IMG/VR virus record: IMGVR_UViG_3300036783_000169
Coordinates: 1-38,850 of that record
DNA length: 38,850 nucleotides
Reading direction: 5' to 3' (one strand)
Source of the DNA: a virus
Lineage: Duplodnaviria; Caudoviricetes
Shown here: positions 33,701 to 38,850 of the stretch, piece by piece
Layout: each line of letters opens with the position of its first letter
Position numbering within the stretch: the first letter of the stretch is position 1
The notes under the pieces: generated by a model
The model's input: only the letters and a program-made list of their open reading frames with translations
Databases searched by the model: none
Told to the model about the DNA's origin: nothing
Position numbers and translations under genes: made by a program

Positions 33701-36700
33701 ATGCCGCGCAGGGCAGCAGCGAACAGGCACCCGCCGGTCACCTACCCGCTGGGGTCGGCTGCGCTGCCGAAGATCGCGACGCTGACTGACACGTTCCCCG
33801 GGACCACCCTGAACGCGCAGTGGACCAGCTTCGGCACGGTCACGGTCGGTTCGGGACTGCTGACCCTGACCGATGTTGCCAGCTCCGCTGTCTACTCCGG
33901 TATCCAGTCCGCCGCCGCCTACGACCTGACCGCCTCGGCGATCTCCGTGCAGCTGGTCTCAGCGGGCACCCAGCTGAGCACGACCCAGGCGATTCTGCAG
34001 GCGCAGCTCGACTCGACGCACACGGTGTCGGTGTTCGCCGGCAACGGCACCCTGACCGCGCAGCATAACATCGGCGGGACGGTCTCGACGGTCGGCAGCC
34101 CGGCCACGTACAACCCGGCGACGATGGTGTGGCTGCGGCTGCGGGAGGCTGCCGGGACCCTGTTCTACGAGTATTCCGCTGACGGGATGACGTGGACGGC
34201 GCTGACGTCGGAGACGGACCCGTTCGCGCTGACCGCCGTGACCGCTGTCATCGAGCACGGCCAGTACGGCGGTTCGGACCCCCAGTCCTCGTCGCAGTGG
34301 GATAACGTCAGCAGCCCCGTGCTCACGCTGGCTGACAGCGGGGTGAGCGCTGAGACGCTGACGGTCGCCGTGTCGGCTGCTGCCCCGCTGGCAGACGCGG
34401 GCGTCTCGGCGGAGACGCTCACGGTCGCTGCTGCCGTCCCGTCCGCCGACACGGGTGCCGCAGCTGACACCCTGACGGTCACGTCGCTGGTCCCGCTGGC
34501 CGAGACGGGCACCTCGGCGCAGACGCTCGCGGTCACCGCCGCGGTCCCGGCAGCGGATGCGGGGACCAGCGCGGAAACCCTGGCTGTCTCCCAGGTGACC
34601 GCGGTGTCCCTGGCTGAGGCGGGGACCGGGACGGACACGGCGGGCGTGCTGCCCGTCCTGCCCGACGCTGGCACCGGGACAGACAGCCTGACCCTCGGCC
34701 CGGTCCTGGTAACGCTGGCTGACACCGGGTCGGGTGCGGACACGCTGACCCTGACCTCCCCGGTTCCCCTGGCTGACGCGGGGGCGGGGACGGACGCGGT
34801 CACGGCGACCGCGCAGACCACCCTGGCCGACGCCGGGGCTGGCGCGGACACGATCACGGCCCTCGCAGTCGTCCCGGTCGCGCTGACCGACAGCGGGCAG
34901 GGGACGGAAACGCTGGCTGTCCTCGCGGTCATCGCGGTCCCGCTGGCTGACACGGGCACCGGTTCGGACAGCCTGGGTGTCACGTCGCTGGTCCCGCTGG
35001 CCGACGCGGGCACCGGCGCGGACGTACTGACGGTTACGTCCCTGGTCCCGCAGGCTGACGCGGGGTCGGGCAGTGACACGCTGACGACCCTCGCGGTTGT
35101 CCCCGTTGCGCTGGCCGACGCGGGGACGGGCACGTCCCAGGCCCCGGTCTTCACCGCCGCAACGTCCCTGGCTGACGCTGGCAGCGGGACGGATGCTGTC
35201 ACATCGGTCACGGCCACTGTCCTGGCTGACAGCGGGTCCGGCACCGACGCGTTCTCCAACGGCGCGTTCACGTCCGTCCCGCTGACCGACACGGGGACGG
35301 CCGCGGACACGCTGGCCGTCACATCGGTCACCGCTGTCCCGCTGCCCGACGCGGGGACCGGCACGGACACGCTGGCACTGGCTTCCGGGGTGCCGCTGGC
35401 TGATACCGGGGCCGGGACAGACACGGCCGGGGTCATCCCGGGCCTGGCTGACACCGGTACTGGTGCGGACCTGCTGGCCATCCCCGGTTTCGCCGGCACC
35501 GGCACCGCGGCTGACACGTTCACCGCCGCGCAGCCCACCGGGCTGGCTGACACGGGCACGGGCAGTGACACGCTGGCCGTCCCCGCGTTCGCCGACGCGG
35601 GGACCAGCGCGGACAGCATCAGGCTGACGCAGCCCACCGCGCTGGCCGACACGGGAACCGGAACTGACACGCTGGCCGTCCCAGCGTTCGCTGACACCGG
35701 GTCCAGCTTCGAGATCTTCAACAACGGGTCGGGGCAGACTGTCCCGTTCACGGAGACAGGCCAGGCGTCTGACGGGCTTGCCGTCCCCGCGTTCGCTGAC
35801 ACGGGCACCGGCAGTGACACGCTGGGCATGCAGGAGACTGTCGCGTCCGCGCTGGCTGATACCGGGACCAGCGCGGACGCGGTCACCGTCACCGCCCTGG
35901 TGCCGCTGGCGGAGACCGGGACCGGCGCGGATCTTGCCGCAGCCGCCGTCCCGGCCGCCCTGACTGACACGGGCAGCGCGGCGGACGCTTTCACGGCAGC
36001 GCAGCCGGTCACCCTGGCGGACACCGGGGCCGGCACCGAAACGTTCGCCGGGGGGGCTTCGGCACCGACCGCGTTCACCGACACGGGGGCGTCCGCTGAG
36101 ACGGCCAGCCTGGTGCAGCCTGCCCCGCTGGGCGAGACCGGGCAGGGCACCGACGCGTTCTGGCCCGGTACCGTCCTGGCTGAGGGCGGCAGCGGCACGG
36201 ACAGCCTGGGCACCTCCCAGGTCGCGTCCGTCCCGCTGGCCGACGGCGGGGCCGCTGCCGACACCCTCGCAGCGGTCCCGGGCCTGACCGACGCGGGGAC
36301 CAGCTCGGAGACGTTCGCCGTCGCGGTCGTGTTCGCGTTCACCGACACCGGGCACAGCGCCGAGGCCCTGTTCGTCCCGGCGTTCAGCGACGGCGGGTCC
36401 GCCACTGACACGCTTCTCATCCCCGCGTACTCTGACACCGGGTCCGGGGCGGACGCGTTCGGGACACCGGTCAAGGCGCAGCAGCTCCCCGACACGGGCA
36501 CCGGCACGACCAGCCTGTCGATCGCGCTGCTGTTCCAGTTCACCGACGGGGGCAGCTCGACCGAGTCGATCCACACGGTCAACATCGTCCCGGCGAAATC
36601 ATCCAGCGCGGTGAACCACGTCATGTACTCCCCGGCGCGGGTGTCAGACCCGCGGGATAGCATCACCATGACGAGCAGCCGGGTGGCAGCCGCGGCCACG

Positions 36701-36769
36701 GCCGCCGACCCGCGGGACGGTTTCTCCGCCGTCACCAAACCGGGGACATCCACGCCGTCCGTGAAATAG
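33701..36769 (+). CDS. 1022-aa fibre-like protein with tandem LADxGxGxDxL repeats
   Basis: Lectin-like N-terminal region followed by dozens of ~15-21-aa repeats. Confidence 0.85.
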   Translation: MPRRAAANRHPPVTYPLGSAALPKIATLTDTFPGTTLNAQWTSFGTVTVGSGLLTLTDVASSAVYSGIQSAAAYDLTASAISVQLVSAGTQLSTTQAILQAQLDSTHTVSVFAGNGTLTAQHNIGGTVSTVGSPATYNPATMVWLRLREAAGTLFYEYSADGMTWTALTSETDPFALTAVTAVIEHGQYGGSDPQSSSQWDNVSSPVLTLADSGVSAETLTVAVSAAAPLADAGVSAETLTVAAAVPSADTGAAADTLTVTSLVPLAETGTSAQTLAVTAAVPAADAGTSAETLAVSQVTAVSLAEAGTGTDTAGVLPVLPDAGTGTDSLTLGPVLVTLADTGSGADTLTLTSPVPLADAGAGTDAVTATAQTTLADAGAGADTITALAVVPVALTDSGQGTETLAVLAVIAVPLADTGTGSDSLGVTSLVPLADAGTGADVLTVTSLVPQADAGSGSDTLTTLAVVPVALADAGTGTSQAPVFTAATSLADAGSGTDAVTSVTATVLADSGSGTDAFSNGAFTSVPLTDTGTAADTLAVTSVTAVPLPDAGTGTDTLALASGVPLADTGAGTDTAGVIPGLADTGTGADLLAIPGFAGTGTAADTFTAAQPTGLADTGTGSDTLAVPAFADAGTSADSIRLTQPTALADTGTGTDTLAVPAFADTGSSFEIFNNGSGQTVPFTETGQASDGLAVPAFADTGTGSDTLGMQETVASALADTGTSADAVTVTALVPLAETGTGADLAAAAVPAALTDTGSAADAFTAAQPVTLADTGAGTETFAGGASAPTAFTDTGASAETASLVQPAPLGETGQGTDAFWPGTVLAEGGSGTDSLGTSQVASVPLADGGAAADTLAAVPGLTDAGTSSETFAVAVVFAFTDTGHSAEALFVPAFSDGGSATDTLLIPAYSDTGSGADAFGTPVKAQQLPDTGTGTTSLSIALLFQFTDGGSSTESIHTVNIVPAKSSSAVNHVMYSPARVSDPRDSITMTSSRVAAAATAADPRDGFSAVTKPGTSTPSVK

Positions 36770-36772
36770 GAG

Positions 36773-37717
36773 GTGCCCGTGGGGTCGACGGTTTTCTACG
36801 ACAGCATCAACGAGGTCGCGACGCTCACCATCATCTTCTCCGTGTCCGGCACCCCGACCGACCCGTCGACCGTGTCGTGCGTGATCACCGACCCGGCCGG
36901 CCTGCAGACCGTCCACACGTACGCCGGGGCCCCGCCGAACGACATCACGAAGCAGGGGACCGGCGGGTACCAGCTGCTGGTCCTGTGCAACCCGTCCGAA
37001 ACCGGCATCGACGGCCTGTGGTCTTATACGTGGATCGGGACCGGGGCCGCGTCGGATGTGCAGCCCGGGACGTGGCGGGTGACACCGCTGGCCCACGCGA
37101 CCTGGTATGTCGGCCCGGAGGAGCTGAAAGACCGCCTCGACATTGACGATTCGGCTGACGACTCGGGGATTGTCGACGTGTGCAACGCGACGTCCCGGTG
37201 GATCGACGAGTTCTGCGGGCGGCATTTCTTCCGGATGACCGACACGCGCACCTACCAGCCGCTGGACATCTGGCTGCTCACCATCGACGACCTCGTGTCC
37301 GTCACGTCCCTGAAAATCGACCTGGACGGCGACGGGGTGTTCGAGACCACGTGGACGCAGGGTGCTGATTACATGCTGCGGATCGGGGACGGGCAGTTCA
37401 GCAAGATGCGGTACGGCGAACCCCGCCCCTACACCCAAGTGCAGGTCCTCCGCGGCGGGGGGACATGGTTCCCGTTTACCTGGCCATTCACGCACCTTGA
37501 CCGCGTTCAGATCACGGGGATGTTCGGGTGGCCGCAGGTACCCCCTGCCGTTCATCAGGCCGCGCTGCTGATCGCCTCCGACTGGTTTAAGTTGAAGGAC
37601 GCGCCGTGGGGAGTCGCGGGGATGGGCGAGCTCGGCGTCATCCGCACCAACCCCAACCCGTGGGTCGCTGACCAGCTCCGCCCTTATATCAGGGGGCTCG
37701 GCAAGGTCGGGGTTTAG
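36773..37717 (+). CDS. Head-to-tail adaptor with N-terminal extension
   Basis: EELKDRL...IDEFCGRHF...FGWPQVPPAVHQAAL. Confidence 0.8.
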   Translation: MPVGSTVFYDSINEVATLTIIFSVSGTPTDPSTVSCVITDPAGLQTVHTYAGAPPNDITKQGTGGYQLLVLCNPSETGIDGLWSYTWIGTGAASDVQPGTWRVTPLAHATWYVGPEELKDRLDIDDSADDSGIVDVCNATSRWIDEFCGRHFFRMTDTRTYQPLDIWLLTIDDLVSVTSLKIDLDGDGVFETTWTQGADYMLRIGDGQFSKMRYGEPRPYTQVQVLRGGGTWFPFTWPFTHLDRVQITGMFGWPQVPPAVHQAALLIASDWFKLKDAPWGVAGMGELGVIRTNPNPWVADQLRPYIRGLGKVGV

Positions 37718-37719
37718 CC

Positions 37720-38412
37720 GTGGCGAAGCACCCGGCGCACAAGCGGACCAAGGCGCAAGCCGCCGCGGCGGTGAAGTTCGCCGCTGCCGGACGCGCATCG
37801 CAGGCTAAGAAGCGGGCGGCGGAGAAGGCGAAGGGCCTGCCGACCAGGACAGCGAAGCAGACGCAATCGACCGCGAAATTCGCCGCTGCCGGACGGGCCG
37901 CTCAGGCTAGGAAGCGGGCCGGGCTGAAACCGCTGCCGAAAGCTACCCGGGCACTGGCAGGCGACCAGGCCGTCAGACGCATGGGCCGTGAAGCCGTTTC
38001 GCGGTTGGGCCCGGTCGCCTGCCTACCGGTTAACCCTTACATGATACTGGCTGAGACGAATTGGACGCAAGGCTGCTGTGCGGCTACGGCCATCGCCTAC
38101 CACCTGTACGCCCATACTGGCATCATGGCGTCCCAAGGGGATGTGCGTGAGTTGCACGATGCCGTTGCCGACCCCAGCGGCGCGCGCATCCCCGAACTAC
38201 TCGAAGCAGCCTGCGACGGGTTCGCCGGGGTCCGGCTGGCCCGGTTCTGGCCGCTGGACACGCCGCTGCCCGGCAGCATCGCGGGCCTGACCGTGCCGGC
38301 AGGGTCGCACGCCGTCCTGCTCCTGTCCGGGGCGGCGTGCGTCTCCTGGGGCCGCGTCCGCCCCTGCGCGGCCGCCGAGGAGGCGTGGTGGGCGGAATGG
38401 GAATGCCAGTGA
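37720..38412 (+). CDS. Protein with basic N-terminus and papain-like C-terminal motifs
   Basis: KFAAAGRA twice; QGCCAATA, SHAVLL, VSWG. Confidence 0.6.
   Translation: MAKHPAHKRTKAQAAAAVKFAAAGRASQAKKRAAEKAKGLPTRTAKQTQSTAKFAAAGRAAQARKRAGLKPLPKATRALAGDQAVRRMGREAVSRLGPVACLPVNPYMILAETNWTQGCCAATAIAYHLYAHTGIMASQGDVRELHDAVADPSGARIPELLEAACDGFAGVRLARFWPLDTPLPGSIAGLTVPAGSHAVLLLSGAACVSWGRVRPCAAAEEAWWAEWECQ
37956..38023 (-). ncRNA. Antisense intragenic TIGR-like unit (ACCGCGAA/TGCGTCTG)
   Basis: 16-bp stem with one G.U on the minus strand; TATCAT at 38041-38046. Confidence 0.88.
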
Positions 38413-38600
38413 GCAGGAAGGACAAGGGTTTCGGGAGCACCAGGGGCCGGGTCGGTGACGCGATTGAGATACGTCCCTGGTCGACCGGGATCACGGCGGA
38501 CCATCCGCTGTGCCGGAAATGCACCTGGGTTCACCGGGGTGGCAAGTTCGCGCTGAAGTTCGTCAACCGGGCCTGCCGGATACACGGGAAGCTGGCCTGA
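38409..38600 (+). CDS. Small hypothetical protein
   Basis: GTGA overlap; CRKC...CRIH. Confidence 0.55.
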   Translation: MSRKDKGFGSTRGRVGDAIEIRPWSTGITADHPLCRKCTWVHRGGKFALKFVNRACRIHGKLA

Positions 38601-38603
38601 GCC

Positions 38604-38850
38604 ATGGCTGACTACGACGGGATACGCGGCGGGATGGCGACGCTGCTGAACAGGGTGATCGGCATCCGGGCGATGCCCGACGCGCCCGGTGCGATCTCCC
38701 CCCCGGTCGCGGTCATCCTCCCTGGCCGTCCGGCGATCACGTACGGGGAGACCCTGGACGGCGAGGTCGACCTCAACCTACTGGTCGTCGTGCTCCTGTC
38801 CGCCGCCAACGAAGAGTATGGGCAGCGGAACCTTGACGCGTTCCTCGCCT
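38604..38850 (+). CDS. Tail terminator-like protein, truncated by window end
   Basis: ISPPVAVILPG...LLVVVLLS...QRNLDAFL; position after head-tail genes. Confidence 0.65.
   Translation, partial: MADYDGIRGGMATLLNRVIGIRAMPDAPGAISPPVAVILPGRPAITYGETLDGEVDLNLLVVVLLSAANEEYGQRNLDAFLA

Noticed and set aside
33959-36753. 862- and 871-aa minus-strand ORFs
   Set aside because: Antisense shadows of the GC-rich repetitive gene; the same applies to most overlapping ORFs in the track.

Overview
High-GC tailed actinobacteriophage or prophage segment. The left ~15.8 kb holds accessory and regulatory genes: many small leaderless ORFs, a DNA methyltransferase and tRNA-like RNAs. The right ~23 kb is an HK97-type morphogenesis operon (terS, terL, portal, prohead protease, major capsid, head-tail genes) interrupted by a glycosyltransferase/methyltransferase/epimerase cluster. 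The main signal is an RNA-guided TIGR-Tas-like system. A nuclease-less Nop/IS110-C-domain protein (7556-8479) is accompanied by stem-loop guide units of the form stem-YCA-N8-RCGG-loop hairpin-YCA-N8-RCGG-stem. By eye I count 35 dual-spacer and 2 single-spacer units (72 spacers) at 17 loci on both strands. They are not confined to one array. They occur in intergenic arrays around the tas gene, in-frame inside protein-coding genes, and as stand-alone units with their own -10 boxes antisense to the structural operon. One unit has an exact bipartite match ~80 nt away in the same gene. All counts and matches are manual and should be re-run computationally.
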